A stretch of 64,000 nt of DNA, from the NCBI GenBank assembly GCA_964276515.1, contig OZ193909.1:10540001-10604000 (forward strand), read 5' to 3'. The first letter of the stretch is position 1; each line of letters starts with the position of its first letter. The notes beneath the pieces were generated by a model. That model was not told where the DNA came from and did no database searches. It saw only the letters and a list, made by a program, of their open reading frames with translations. Below, piece after piece: positions 12,710-26,069 of this stretch. This stretch comes from Gordius albopunctatus. Its lineage: Eukaryota. The translations under genes and the position numbers were made by a program.

Positions 12710-14160
12710 TAGTGATGGGAAAACCTCAGGGCGAAGTAACCTAATCCAAAAAACCTTGACCTCTTTAGAAACGCTAAAATCTGCCTCAAGGTTAAAGGTC
12801 AAAATTAACCTAAAAACCTCGAGGTAAATTAGAAGCTTATAGCTTAGGTCAGAGGGCAAAATTAACCTATTTTTATTACATACCGACCTCTATCGACTGT
12901 TTTATTTTTAATTGCCACCATTTTGTAACATATTCCTTTTGTGTGCAATGCAATGTACCGTGACTGATAGTGGTTGTATTTCACAACAAAATATTTGCCA
13001 AGTATTTTATTCAAATTGCTAAGTATTTTTAGCGTCGTTGCTAAGTATTTTATTCATTTGCTAAGTATTTAATTCGTTTGCTAAGTTTTTAAATTAATTG
13101 TAAGTTTTATATTCAAATGTTAAGTATTTTATTCATTTGCTAAGTACTTAAATGAATTTTCCTACGCATTTTATTGTTTTGCTAAGTTTTTATTTTGATA
13201 TGCTAAGTTTTTTAATTAAAATCCTAAGTATTTTTTTTAATTTTAAGCTAGGAATTTTAATCAAAATGCTGAGTATTAAAAAAATGATAATAATGTTTTA
13301 AAGCTAAAAAGGGCAAAGTTTTAATCGTAATAATTTCGAAAATGTTTAATTTTTTATTTATTAACCTAGCATATATTTAAATACTTAGTAAATAAATCAA
13401 ATACTTAGCAAATAAATCAAAAATTTAGCAAAACAATAAAATGCTTAGCAAAATTTATTTAAATACTTAGCAAATGAATAAAATACTTAGCATTTGCATA
13501 TTAAACTTAAAAATTAAAATTAATTTAAAAACTTAGCAAACGAATTAAATACTTAGCAAATGAATAAAATACTTAGCAACGACGCTAAAAATACTTAGCA
13601 ATTTGAATAAAATACTTGGAAATAATTTTTTGCGAAATACAACCACTATCAGTCACTACATTGCACACAAAAAGAATGTTACAAAATGGTGGCAATTAAA
13701 AATAAAGCACTCGATAGAGGTAGGTATGTATTAAAAACCGAAATCGCATTTTTTTCCTTAAGAATTAAAGAATTCAAATAGATTAAAATTATATTATATT
13801 TTCAGTTAAATTACACATAATTTTAATTGGAATAAATATTAAAATTTCGATTATATATTATATATGATCAAAATTAAGAGACAAAGTGCTAAAAGACCGT
13901 AGCTAAGTTGAAATTTTACGGTATATAAAAGAATATTGACCTTATAATAATTATAAATTAACCTAAACTTTTAACTTTAATTTTGAGCTCTAACCTAATC
14001 TACACGCTTCAAAATCACCTCTAGGTTTTAGGTTGATATTGTACTCTAACCTAAAGCCAGATTTTAACGCTTCTAAAAGAGATTAGAGATTTTCAAGGAA
14101 CCTCTAACTACCCTAAGCTTGCCCTGAGCGTGACGCCAACTTATCTTTTTTCCACCACTA
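12710..14160. mobile_element. hAT-type MITE carrying a nested foldback element
   Basis: Imperfect TIR TAGTGATGGGA/TTCCACCACTA; perfect 8-bp TSD ATCCCCTA (12702-12709, 14161-14168); subterminal TAACCT repeats. Confidence 0.88.
12872..13737. mobile_element. Foldback element with ~370-bp inverted arms containing ~20-bp tandem subrepeats
   Basis: The left arm (TACATACCGACCTCTATCGA...GTGACTGATAGTGGTTGTATTTC..., then (TGCTAAGTATTT..)n) mirrors the right arm ((AAATACTTAGCA..)n...GAAATACAACCACTATCAGTCAC...TCGATAGAGGTAGGTATGTA). Confidence 0.85.
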
Positions 14161-14729
14161 ATCCCCTATGTTTTGCTAAAAAAGAAGATAAACTTAAATA
14201 ACTGTAAATTATGCTAGGCGAATAAGCTCTGCCCAGTATGATCTTTAGCTGACATTCAACTAAGTTAAATTTTAAAGGCTTTAAGGTAATCAAATAAATT
14301 TAAAATCACTATCAAATTATTGGCAAGGTTATATAGATTTATAATATGCAAATAAAAATTCAGCTTATGGTTGAGTTACATAAATACGCCCTTCGGGAGT
14401 AACTGGCGCTCATCCCCGCTCAGCCAAACACAGTGCCTGCCTTACATGACTTTGGTTTACATTATCATACACTAGGGTTATTGCTCTTTTATACTACGTA
14501 TAAACAAAGCACATTTGCTAAGCAAATTATGATTAAATTGAGAGGAGCATCATGGAGAATTAATTGTTATTTAATTTTGGAAAAGGCTAAGGGTTGAACG
14601 TATACAATTAATTTTCATGCCCAACTTGTGTGCAGTCCGGAAAATAAGGACAGTTACTAAAGTAAATCAATTGTTAGCTACTGCGTCCCTAACCCTTCCC
14701 CGGGGGCTCCGTATATACAAAATTTTTTG

Positions 14730-16090
14730 ATTTAAATAAACACTTTGGCCAATGGTCATTTTTTCTATTGGTCAATAGTCAGCTGACGTCAAAAAGCGTA
14801 TAAATACTAAGAGCCAAATATAAAAAATATAAAAATTTCGATTCGCACTTTGGCCAATGGTCATTTTTTTATTGGTCAGTAGCTAGGAGACGGTCAAAAA
14901 GGATATGTATACATAAGAGGCAAATATAAAAAATATAAAAATTTCCCTTTGGCCAAAGCTCATTTTTTCCTTTGCTCATTAGCCAGCGGACGGTCAAAAA
15001 ACCATGTTATCAATGTTATTAACAAGTGTATCTCAAAAATTTGACAGGTGCTAAATTAAAAAAATTTAAATCACACTTTGGCCAGTGGTCCTTTTTTTAT
15101 TGGTCAGTAGCTAGGAGGAATAAATAAATAAAAGTTAAGGTAAGCTAAAAATTAATTAGTTTTATTATTAAGTATAAATAACGTAACTTAACTTAAATAA
15201 TAATTTGTTATTCTTGTGTTTTTAATTAATTATCTTTCTTACATATACATAACAGCCAAATATAAAGAATTAAAAAAATTTCGCTTTGTCTTTTTTCCTG
15301 TGGTGACCAGCGGACGGTCAAAAAGCCATATTATCAATGTTATTAACAAGAATTATCAATCTTAGGCTAATTAAAAAAAGCAAAAAAATATGCCCTCACC
15401 GAGATTTAAACCCATATTAGTAGAGGCATAGTCCCTTGTAAGGGGGGGGGGGGTTTGTTGCGACCGTGAAGGAGGAGAAATGTATTAGGCAAATGTAACA
15501 GGTGTTGAAATAGGCATCAAAAAAAAGGAAAAAAAATTCGTTTACACTTTGGCCAATGGTCATTTTTTTCCATTGGTCAGTAGCCAGGAGACGGTCAAAA
15601 AGGATGTGTATACATAAGAGCCAAATATAGCATTTAAAAAACGAAAAAAAATTCGATTTACACTTTGGGCAAAAAGGGACCCATATCAGCAGAGGCATAG
15701 CCTCTTATAGGGGGGGGGGGCAGGGTATCGTATTCAGGATGGCTTAATAGAATTTCAAGCGCTCGCAGTGGTAAACACGACGAAAAAGGAAAAGTGTGAC
15801 CTTGGCCAGTGATCAATTTTTCTATTGGTCAGCAGCCAGCGGACGGCTAAAAAGCCAATATTATCAATGTTATTATCTAGAACAATCAATTTTAGGTTAA
15901 GCCCTCGCCGAGATTTGAACCCCTATGGGGGCACAGGGTATTGTACACAGGGTGGCTTAATCGAAATCCAAATGGTCGCGAAACACGACGATAAAAACGA
16001 AAAGCGTGACACGTTCGGTGCGAACCATCGGTGCGTGACAGTAAACAAATGGAAAGTGAACCAAAAATTGCATAGCAATTAATAAAAACA
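14730..16090. repeat. Complex repeat array, possibly the body of a Helitron/Helentron-type element
   Basis: About six copies of (CAC)TTTGGCCA(A/G)TGGTCATTTTTT..ATTGGTCAGTAGC....GGTCAAAAAG (about 14741, 14846, 14947, 15074, 15546, 15801); ends in the hairpin AATTGCATAGCAATT. Confidence 0.7.
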
Positions 16091-16220
16091 AAAACCGAGA
16101 TCTAGCTGATAAAATCTCGTCTCGTCTCGTCTCAAGGTAAAAATTCTCGTCTCGATCTCGACTCAATTTTTCAAAATCTCTTCCCGTCTCGGATTTTTTC
16201 TCGGTTTTTTACCATCACTA
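16090..16220. mobile_element. Terminal fragment of MITE family A (GAGACGAGA subterminal motif)
   Basis: Ends ...TCTCGGTTTTTTACCATCACTA, the reverse complement of the left end of the copy at 41199; TCTCGTCTCG repeats. Confidence 0.75.
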
Positions 16221-16572
16221 GAGATTGAGATCACTCGGGCAAAACAATAATAGAATTTGGGCTCGGGCGAGGTCCAAAAATTAAAGCCAACCAGTGGGCA
16301 TTAGCTAGTATATTTGCGAAAGCAATTGAAAGACTTTTACAAAAGCATAAGTCCACAGCTATTAAAAACCCTTATAAGTTTTCATGTATTCAAAAATTAC
16401 AAGAAGAGATGGACAACTAAAAGCGAACCCATAAATTGCATAACAATTAATAAAAAATACTTCCTTATTTTTTAGACTGAATAATGAATCGCAATTGCAG
16501 CTCGTCAATATAGTCCTAAACTTTAGATCGTGTAACAGTGGCCTGCCAAATTCGCTTTATTTTTGACACATA

Positions 16573-19500
16573 ATGTACAACTTAAAAATATTTAAAAAAT
16601 TTGAAAAAATTAATAATTATTTTGGACTTAGTAATCTTATAAAAATATACGTTTATATCTATTATTCAGGAAATTTTTTCATTCAAACCCAAGATACTCC
16701 AAATCCTAACTCTCTTAAATTTTTACCTGGTTGCAATGTTTCATCGACTTCTCATGAATTTAAATCTATTGAATCTACAAAAATTTCCCCTTTAGCAAAG
16801 TATCATATGAATCAAGTTTATTTATTATTTTAGGAATCTCTTAATTATAAAAGGTGTTAAAAGTGTGTTTTTTGGTTCTGATTTCATAACAGTTACAAAG
16901 GTAAATACTTTTCAACTAAAAACAATACATGCATCCCATAAAACTTAATATATAATTTGTTAAAAAAACAAATAAAAATGGAATTTAAATTAATGTTTAT
17001 AGCAAAATTGATTTAAAAAAAATACAATATTTTTGTATTTTACATTGTATCTTGAAGTATTTACAAATTCTACTTGCAATTTATCTTAGGTTACTGTTCT
17101 TATGAATAATATATGTTAAGTTTTTCTTTGAGCTCTTGAATTAAATATCTCAGTTAATAATATTCTTTGTTAGCATTTTATAATATAAAAGGGGTTGAAA
17201 GTTATGAAATTATGGCTTTTATTTTCTTTATAATGGCTTTCTTTTTATAATTCTTCTTTTGTAAAAACAGTTAAGTGTTTTGTTATCTTTTGATTTGTCA
17301 AACTTCACATTTTTGTTATCTAGCTTTATTGTGATTAGAAATAAAGGTTTAAAACAGTTGATTAATTTATTATTTTACAACATATATTTGAAATAAAGGA
17401 CCTTAAAAGGTTTCATAAATTATTAAAGTTCCTAACTTAAAATAGTTCATAACTGTTGGAAGCCTTATAATATTTTTAATAATTTGTTACTTTAATAAAT
17501 ACACTTACTATTTTACTCTAATATTTTAAGTGCTGTGACATTATTTACTTTTGCTTCTCTAAACAGCTGAGTTGTGGACATTTCTCCTATTTAATGTTGT
17601 ATTTTAATAATCCATATCATTATCTTATTTTTATAATTTGAATTGAATAGATATTATATATGAAAATATTGTATTGATTTTCTTGCGAGAAAACAAAAGT
17701 AGTTTATTAATAAATAGTGGTAATTTTGGCCACATTGAAATTTTTGCTGTGTAAGTGTTAAAATAATAGAAAACATTATTAATTTCAATGTGCATCCTGC
17801 AATTAATTTAATTTCATACCTTACAAGTATTTTATGCAATATTTTATAAATTCTTTTTTAATAATTTATGTTGTTAACTCTATTATTTGATCTAGGAAAA
17901 AATCTCCTGGTTTGTTAATAAGCTCTTCAGTTTTTCATAATATTCCTTTTTTAAATTTTAGCCTCAACTTCTGAAAAGGGGCCTTAAGATATTTTAAACA
18001 ATAGAAACAACCAATATATATATGGTTTTATTAAAAAATAAATTTTTTTCCTAAATATACCTTACCTCTTGCACCTATTTTATTTTCTAATTTATTTATG
18101 TTAATTAAAACTTTGTCAATGATGTCGAATATGTAGAAACGATCAATATTATAAAAATTTGAAAATTTTAGCTCATTTGGAGCACTACTATTCGAGGGTA
18201 GGTGGGTTAAAGGTCAAAAATTGGTATTTTTAAATATGGGGTTAGGAGTGAGCAAAATTGGAAGTTAACACACCATTATCAAGCATATTACCCAATTAGG
18301 GAACTAATAAAGCCTATTGGGGATTGAATTAAAGGAAATTGGATCATGTTAGGTATAAAAAATTGACTTTGCCCTATTCTCTTCGCATTTTTAAAAAATA
18401 TTCACAGAAGCAAAGTTTAATTCTGCTATCATATCTGTCATTATTATTGACTACTTGGTTATATCAGCTTTAAGAAGAATTAGGTTGGTCAGATTAAGAT
18501 TTATAGAGTTGGAATAAATTGGCTCTGCCCATCATTTGTATGAAGAAGGCGGCTTAGATACCAGCCCACACCGTGATTAGAAAACTAAAATGCTTTGATA
18601 ATTTATGGTAGCCATCTTTATTATTAAACATATTAAATGTTAAAAAATATTCAAAATTTTAAATTGTCTTGTCCGAAAATGAACTAAAATTTGTATTATA
18701 AAAACTTATTCATAATTACCTTATTTTTCAGACAGAAATTAATGTAATATTTTTTATAATCACCAAACATTTTATTTGGGAAATTATAAATTAGAACAAA
18801 AACATATTTTATTTTTTATCACGACGCTTTTATTTAAAAAAATAATTTTTACTTTATACCTTATTAAAAAATTTGCATTGTGTGTAAATCTATATTTATA
18901 AACTGGACATCTGCAACTGGCCGTTCTTAGGAGACGGCTCGTTATTACCCGTTTTAAAACAAGATCCGCCTGAGCCCGCTATCTAACCCCCTCCCCCCAT
19001 ACTCTTTTAAATACTTAGAACTCTAACTGACTAACCCCGTCCTTAATTTTTTCTTACATAGGCTAGGTCCATAAAAATAATAAAAATCTATGCACTATAA
19101 ATGTCATTTTAGTATTTTTATTAACCCGACAGGTACCACTAACGGTTCGGCCGAACCAATTTCAATAAAAAAATTTTTTGGGCATCTCAATATGCTCTAG
19201 ATGACTAAACAATTTAAAAATTCTGGAAAAATTGCCTAGTTTTGGAAATAAAGGGGTGTCACCTAAAGGTTACACTGGGAGGCATAATAAGCTAATTTTA
19301 AAATTTTATTAAATGACTAAGATAAGTGAAAAAATTAGTTAAATATATTGAAACAATGATTAACAGTAAGTGAGAGGTCGGATATTGCAGTATGGGCATA
19401 AAATTTAGGTTGCTTAGTTGCACACAGAGCAGCGCCGTTGAGTTCACTTTTTTCGTTCACAACCGTCTATCGCGTCTCTGACCTTGGAAAAGTTTTGAGT

Positions 19501-22500
19501 TCACTTAAGAAGTCGGCCGTATTTTTAACAATAATTTTGACAATTCATTTTTAAACCTGCAGAGTTTAATGATTTTGTTAAGACAATAGAGCTGGCAGGC
19601 ATTGTAGTAAGCGACATCCAATTCAGATAATTGGAAGCACCAATTTCTTCCCCGAAAATATACTTTTGTGGCAAAAACATTTACATATTTTGAGCATTGA
19701 ACCAAAATATTTTTCTGGAATTTTTAAGAGGTGTGATTCTACTATATGTAATAGGTTTAACAATTAAAAAGCCTCGATATGATTATGGTGCCAACGTACT
19801 GCCATGAAGTTAGAAATATTTAAGGATTTTATAACGATTAATAGGCATTTGACACTATTTAAACGCGCTGTTTTCGTAGCTCCAATATTCACTTTTGAAA
19901 GACAATTTAATAATTAAGCGATTGTCAAAATATTTTAAGAATATACATTATTAGAGACAAAATTAAAAGGCAGCTAAGACATTCATGAGAGCTCTAATCC
20001 TCTTTCATTTAGATTGAACAACGATAACGTGGGATTGCCGGTTCTAGGGGCCTCACGCCTAATTTAAAACCAAATCTAAAAGGTTGCCTTTTATGAATTG
20101 CTTTGCTGTGCGATGTTTATAAAAGACACCATAGATTTATTTATTGAAATATGGGTTACTCTATTTTTATTTTATTTTAGACCTATCCTTTAAAATATCC
20201 AGGCAATCTAAAACCTTGGAAAATTTGTCTGTTTGGACTTAGAGTTGTCTGATGTTCATTGAAACCGATTTATACTCATAACATTGGATAATATTTTGTT
20301 GAGGAATAGGACTTCTTTTGTTTTCAAAACATTAAGATATTTTTGAAAGACTATCAGTTCAAAAAATTGTAATATAAATTTCATATTCGTTGATCGCTAA
20401 ATTTAAATTATGGGTTTTTTTGCATATAAATTAAAGATCTAAAGCAAAATAAAAAAATTATATTATTCAAATGGGAGTAATGACAGTCAAAATTCTATTT
20501 TCGATCTCTTTTAACTTTTTATAAGGGTGGACTTATTGCTACAAACCTAACAAAAGGACCAAGTCTTAAAAAGTCCACCATATCAGATTAAAATTATCGA
20601 TATATTTTATAAAAATATCATAAAACTAGAATAGAAATGTAGACCTAGGTCGCATTAAAATTACAATGTAACTAATTTTAGCCGTATTTGGCATATTAGG
20701 AAGTATAATTTTTCTATAAATATCCCGTATCCACCATATTTCCTATCCAAAAATTAAAGAAAATCGAAAATATTGTTTTGCCAAGACTATAGCTTAAAAA
20801 CGCAATTTTTTATATTCTTAACTATTCAGCACCCACCCCCTTTATACTATTAACCTTAGCTTAGAAACATAAAAAAATCATTCATGGATTCATAGGTTAA
20901 TAATTAAATCATTGAAAACGTTACGCTAGGCACATAAGCTCTCGCCAGTGTAACCTATAGGTGACGTTCAACTTTAAGGCAAATTTTAAGGTCTTGAAAA
21001 TACTCATATGAATTTGAAATTACTATCAAAATGTTGTAAAAATTATAAAAAGTGTGCTTTTTTCAATTTATTATAACAAACCAAATTCACTTTTATTTAT
21101 CTATATGCGCTATAAATGAGATAATTAAAAACTCATAAAACTTGTTTAGGCCTCTTGGAATATTTACGACTTCAAGATTTTCAACATTTTTTCGGAATTG
21201 CAATTTTTACGATTTTTGAGCGATTATAATTTAAGAACTAATAAAGAATAAGTATAATAAAAAATTCTCAGATGATTTATCACAATCCAATCTTTCAAAC
21301 ATAATTTAAAAAATGTTTTTATATTGAGTAGTTTTTGAGAAAAGTAGTTCTAAAGTTGCGTCACCTAAAAGTTACACTGGTACAAGCTATTGTGTTGATT
21401 TTATATGGGTATTACATTATTTTCACCTTGATCCTTAAATTGTTAAGAAATTTTACTATTATTTACCCCAGAAGTTGTAATTTATACTACAAATATTATC
21501 CTCTTATGATTTGTATATTAACGGGTTTTAAATAGTGCTGTAAACATTTTTTAAAAAATCGAATGCGTTCAACGTTCGTTCAAAATTTTATGATAATTTT
21601 TTTTTACTATAAAAAAATTTCTTATATTTTTTACAATTAGATATTTTTTATTTATAAAAAAATTTTCTTATCAATTTTTAATAATAATTGTTTTTCAAAA
21701 TTTTTGTCGGATAAGCAGGAACGGCAGTTAATACAACATTAGCTATACTAAAAACCTGCTCCACAGGGGCAGATCAGGAGATTTGAGATACTAAATAAAC
21801 AAATCTTTTAAAGCAGAAAATTTTCATAAACATATAATCTTTTGTCCTTCGCTTCAAAAAATTGCGATAAGTTATCATCCTTTAATCCGCCCTTTACTTC
21901 CTCGTTAAAAATGATATTTCAGAATCGAAAGTTCTTTCATTATCAATTCTATGTGTTTCAATCCCTCTTTTCAATAAAACTAAAAGTTTATTCTTTTTTA
22001 CATTTAGTAATTATTGAATTCGGTCCTTTATATGAAATGAGTAATTCTCATATTTTTGCCATGGTAATGTCAATTCATCTGCTGATTTTGAATATTCAGA
22101 ATCTTAAGATGACGACGATATAATAATATGATTGTCCATATTAACCTATAAATTAAAATATAATTAATATCAAATTAATAAATTTTAATCCTATCTTCTT
22201 TTGCACGTTATGGTATGTTAAAAGTATTTCAGAATAGGAAAAAGGAAGAACAGCGGATTAAAAAATATAAGACTTTTTTGTTAAAAAAATTTGGATTAAC
22301 ATTATTTTTCAAATAAATTAAAAAAAAGGTTTTTAAAATTGAACGAACGTTAAATTTAAACGCGTTCATCAAAAAAAGGAACGCCGTTCATCAATTTTTC
22401 AAAAAATTTGAACGCGTTCATTCACACTAGTTTTAAATGAGTTTTGGGAAATCAAATAAATGCTAAGCGATAAAAAGACGCAGAGGTCCTCACGTTATAG

Positions 22501-25500
22501 CTATATGCAATAAGTTCGTACAATATGTAATTAAATTGTTTAGGTTTTATACATAGATTTTATTTTAAAGTGCATTATTAAATATCTTAAAGTATTGAAG
22601 TTGATGTGAAGTAATGCCAACGTGTTATCCTTATTAATTTTTATCATAAAAATATTTTTTAATAAACTAAGATCTACCCTGTTTGTCGCGGTTTATTAAT
22701 AATATATTCAAGGCCATTAGAAGAATTTTAGGCTCGCTTGGAGTAGTTTAGAAATTTAGCTCGTTAAAATAAGACCATTAGCTCGAAATATACCGCAAAA
22801 GTGAACTATAACAGCCTCATTGTCAAAATATTGGGAAAGGTTCGGAATACGCAAACCTTTGTTTTGTTGATTAGAAAAAGCGGTTGTCAAAAAGTTTAGA
22901 AATTAGATAACAGTAGAGCCTTGCAAAATTGAATTTTATCGGCCCGGGCCCGAAACCTTTTTTTATTTTTTGCCCGAGCCCGATTTGTTTTTTTCAGTCA
23001 GGCCCGACCCGAGCCCGGCCCGACTTTTGTAAAAATGTAAATTTGTACCAATTTTATTTCAAAAATTTATTTATAAATATATTACGTATCGCGAATATTA
23101 TGTGATTTAAAATATGAATAATTATGATAAATAAATAAAGTGGAGTCTAATTTATCCGGTTTTAACGAAGTCCTTCTCTCTTCGTAAGCTCGCCCAGCTG
23201 TATAAAAGGCTCGCTCACTGCTAGCTGATGTAGCAGGTATTGCCACATACTTTCTAGCCAAATTGCTCAAACAAGAAAATTCACTCTGATGCATCTTCCA
23301 CCATTCCAAAACTTCCATAGCATCAATATAATTCGTATTTAAATATTTATGTAATTCATCTTCCTCAGCTTCGTTATCTATTCTGGGCTCTTCCCAACTA
23401 CTAAAATCTAAAAATTCTTCCTCCATTATATTATCTAGAAAAATAATAAGTGCTTAATGCAAATTAAAAAATTACCATGCTCGACGGCTATACTAGGCGT
23501 AACTGAATTAACCGGATGATTAGCCTTAATCCTTTCCTCCATAATTATTAAATTTCGTATATGATGACAAATGTCATCAAATTCATAGCGAGGCAGCATT
23601 ATTAAATTTCGATACTTTGGATTTAATAATGCGGATAATTTATGAATAATATCAAGTTCAAATTTTGAATTTAAAAACGAAAGGGCCTTTTTGGCCAAAG
23701 TGTTAAACTCTTCGCTAAAAAAGGGTTTTTTCAAATATTCGATTAGTCTGTAATAGCATAAGAGTACCATGTTAATGGTCGGCTTTGCATCAGCCTCCAA
23801 TTCATCACTAGCCGTTTTAAATGGCTTCAGAAAATTTATTAGGCTTTTAACTATTTCTATATCGATATTCTCTATAATTGCCGAATCACGGCGTGATTGT
23901 AAAACAGCCGATATATTATTATATTGGTTGTATTAGGGTTTAAAAACACGCAACGCGTCTAAATCAAAAACTTAGAATCAAACAAATTAATATATGGGGG
24001 GGGGGGGGTAGTAAAATTCTAAATATTTATTTGTAGGGGGATTATTTTGTATTGTAATTATATTTTGGATTAATATTTATTCAAATTTTTTTTCGGGCCA
24101 CGGGTCGGGCTGGTCCATCAGGCCCGATCAATGTTTTAAAATTTACCCGAGCCCGGCCCGAAAGCCCGTCGGGCCGGACCTCGGACGGCCCGTGCAGGGC
24201 TCTAGATAACAGGGAAATAAAATTTGTTATAACCACTGTGTAGACATCAAGTGATCATAAGAATGAGGTAAGGGTTTACTCTTCTAGCAAATGTCGATTG
24301 ATAAAGGAATCTAATTAAGCTTGAATGCTGATTGACACTATAAAAAAATTTAGCCGTTTTTTTGTTACATAAATATTATAGTAAGCCTAAAGTATAGGTG
24401 AATATTTAATCACTATACCTCACACATAAAAAAGAGCAAAGCATTGACATGAAAATTTTAAGATAAATATGTTAGTAGTAAAAAGGAGATGAATTCAAAA
24501 GGGACCTAGGCTGCTTATAGAACAAAACTTGTAACAGTTGAGGTAATTTCATATAAAAAGGTGAGGAATTGAGAGAAAGATTTGCAGAAGAAAGGGAGTA
24601 ATTTATATGGGTTTAGAAATCAATTATAAATAGAAAAACTTAACAAAGGAGTAATAAGAAAATTTATAAACTAACTAATTTTGAATATTTTTTACAAATA
24701 GCTTATTTGAAGCCCAATAAAAAACACTCAAAATATATTTCTCGCCATCTTTTATTATTAGATATTGTTCCGTGTGCGCTTTTTAAACTAATTGTTTCTC
24801 ATAACATTACTTTGTGTTAATGACACTTGCAAACTTGGTCCCTATTTCGGACAAAAGATTGAGGAAAGGATAAATTATTATTAAAATAAACTTTTAAATT
24901 CAAAATAAAATTAGATAAATCCTTTATTAAATGGTATACAAAAAATTACATTTAAGACTATAAAAAAATATAAAACTAAACGTATGGCATTGATCCGTGT
25001 ATGGAAATCGTGTTGGATTTAACGATTTCCATTGTGATCTTTTGCCGGATAAAAAAGTAATTTAGACAGGAATAAAATTATTTAAAACCTTAACAGTAAA
25101 ATTATTGTATATAATGCCTTTTGTCTGTTTTTGGGAATATAAGATCGACAAAGGAAAATGCATTACTTTGCGACAGAAGCTTTAGGGTCTTTGAGGGAAG
25201 CCTTTAGCATTTCAAATATGTTTAAAAAGTTAAGGCCTATGGTTTTTAAAAATTGACGCTTGCCAGACTTGAGGAACTAAAAAATTTGTTTTCTTGCAGT
25301 GGATTAAAAGGATTATTATTTTATAAGTCAGACGATGAGATAGAATGGCGAACTCTAAAACCGGAGATATATGCAACAATGATGAATTTTTTTACTCTGG
25401 GGAAACCAGTAATCAATGAAACAACTCGAGATGCAGGTTAGAAATAAAATGTTAATAATACTTTTATAAAATTATCTAACGAATCACACCAACTATTTAC

Positions 25501-25948
25501 TTTGTAAAGGTGATAAAAGTGAAGTAATAGAAGATAATGAAACAATTAAAATGATTAAAGAATTGCTCGATAGTCGAATTAGGCCGACTGTTCAAGAAGA
25601 TGGAGGTGACGTGGTATTCGTGGTAGGTTAACTAATTTTTAATCAATGACAAATAAAAAGGGAACTGATAATGAAAATTATTTTACACGTATTATATATT
25701 TTATTGGGTTAAGGAATATGAAAATGGTATATTGAAACTAAAAATGCAAGGCGCTTGTAGTAGTTGCCCAAGTTCAATTCTTACCTTAAAACACGGCATT
25801 GAAAATATGCTTCAATTCTATATTCCCGAAATTAAAGAAGTCATCCAAGTAAATAATTTTAATGTTTAAATTTATTTTTTAGGTGGAAGATGAGTTAGAA
25901 AAGCTATCGCTTAAAGAATTTGAGAAAATCGATAAAAACGACGTATAA
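16573..25948 (+). CDS. NFU1: NFU1 iron-sulfur cluster scaffold, mitochondrial
   Basis: Exons 16573-16630, 16670-16799, 16834-16900, 25328-25436, 25510-25622, 25714-25848, 25883-25948. Motifs [67 protein letters not shown] (CxxC), [11 protein letters not shown]; stop TAA at 25946-25948. Confidence 0.95.
19125..19720 (-). mobile_element. piggyBac-like relic (3' end plus transposase C-terminus) in NFU1 intron 3
   Basis: TTAA|CCC terminus; minus-strand relics [13 protein letters not shown] and a Cys-rich RRCSVCN...CPYCN segment, as in piggyBac C-termini. Confidence 0.7.
21533..22429 (-). mobile_element. hAT derivative, same family as 4069-4883, inverted
   Basis: TAGTGCTGTAAA left terminus with decayed right TIR; perfect TSD GTTTTAAA (21525-21532, 22430-22437); GAACGCGTTC motifs; internal similarity to 4230-4750. 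Confidence 0.88.
22914..24204 (-). mobile_element. hAT deletion derivative with an open, intron-containing C-terminal transposase half
   Basis: TIR TAGAGCCTTGCA/TGCAGGGCTCTA; perfect [64 protein letters not shown]; 41-nt GT-AG intron at 23435-23475. Confidence 0.93.
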
Positions 25949-26069
25949 ATTTATTATTGATAAATTAGCGGTATAAAAACACGAAATGGCAATATTTATA
26001 ATATATATATTTACGATGGATTTAAATAAACATAGATGACTGATAACTTTATTAAAGCTTTAAAATTAT

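Noticed and set aside
13000..13620. CRISPR-like short repeat array
   Set aside because: Units are ~20-bp degenerate tandem repeats without unique spacers, arranged as inverted arms; the DNA is eukaryotic and there are no cas genes.
17100..18080. Possible nested minus-strand gene in NFU1 intron 3
   Set aside because: A-rich with short open frames and GTAAG motifs, but I could not build a consistent spliced ORF or recognise a domain.
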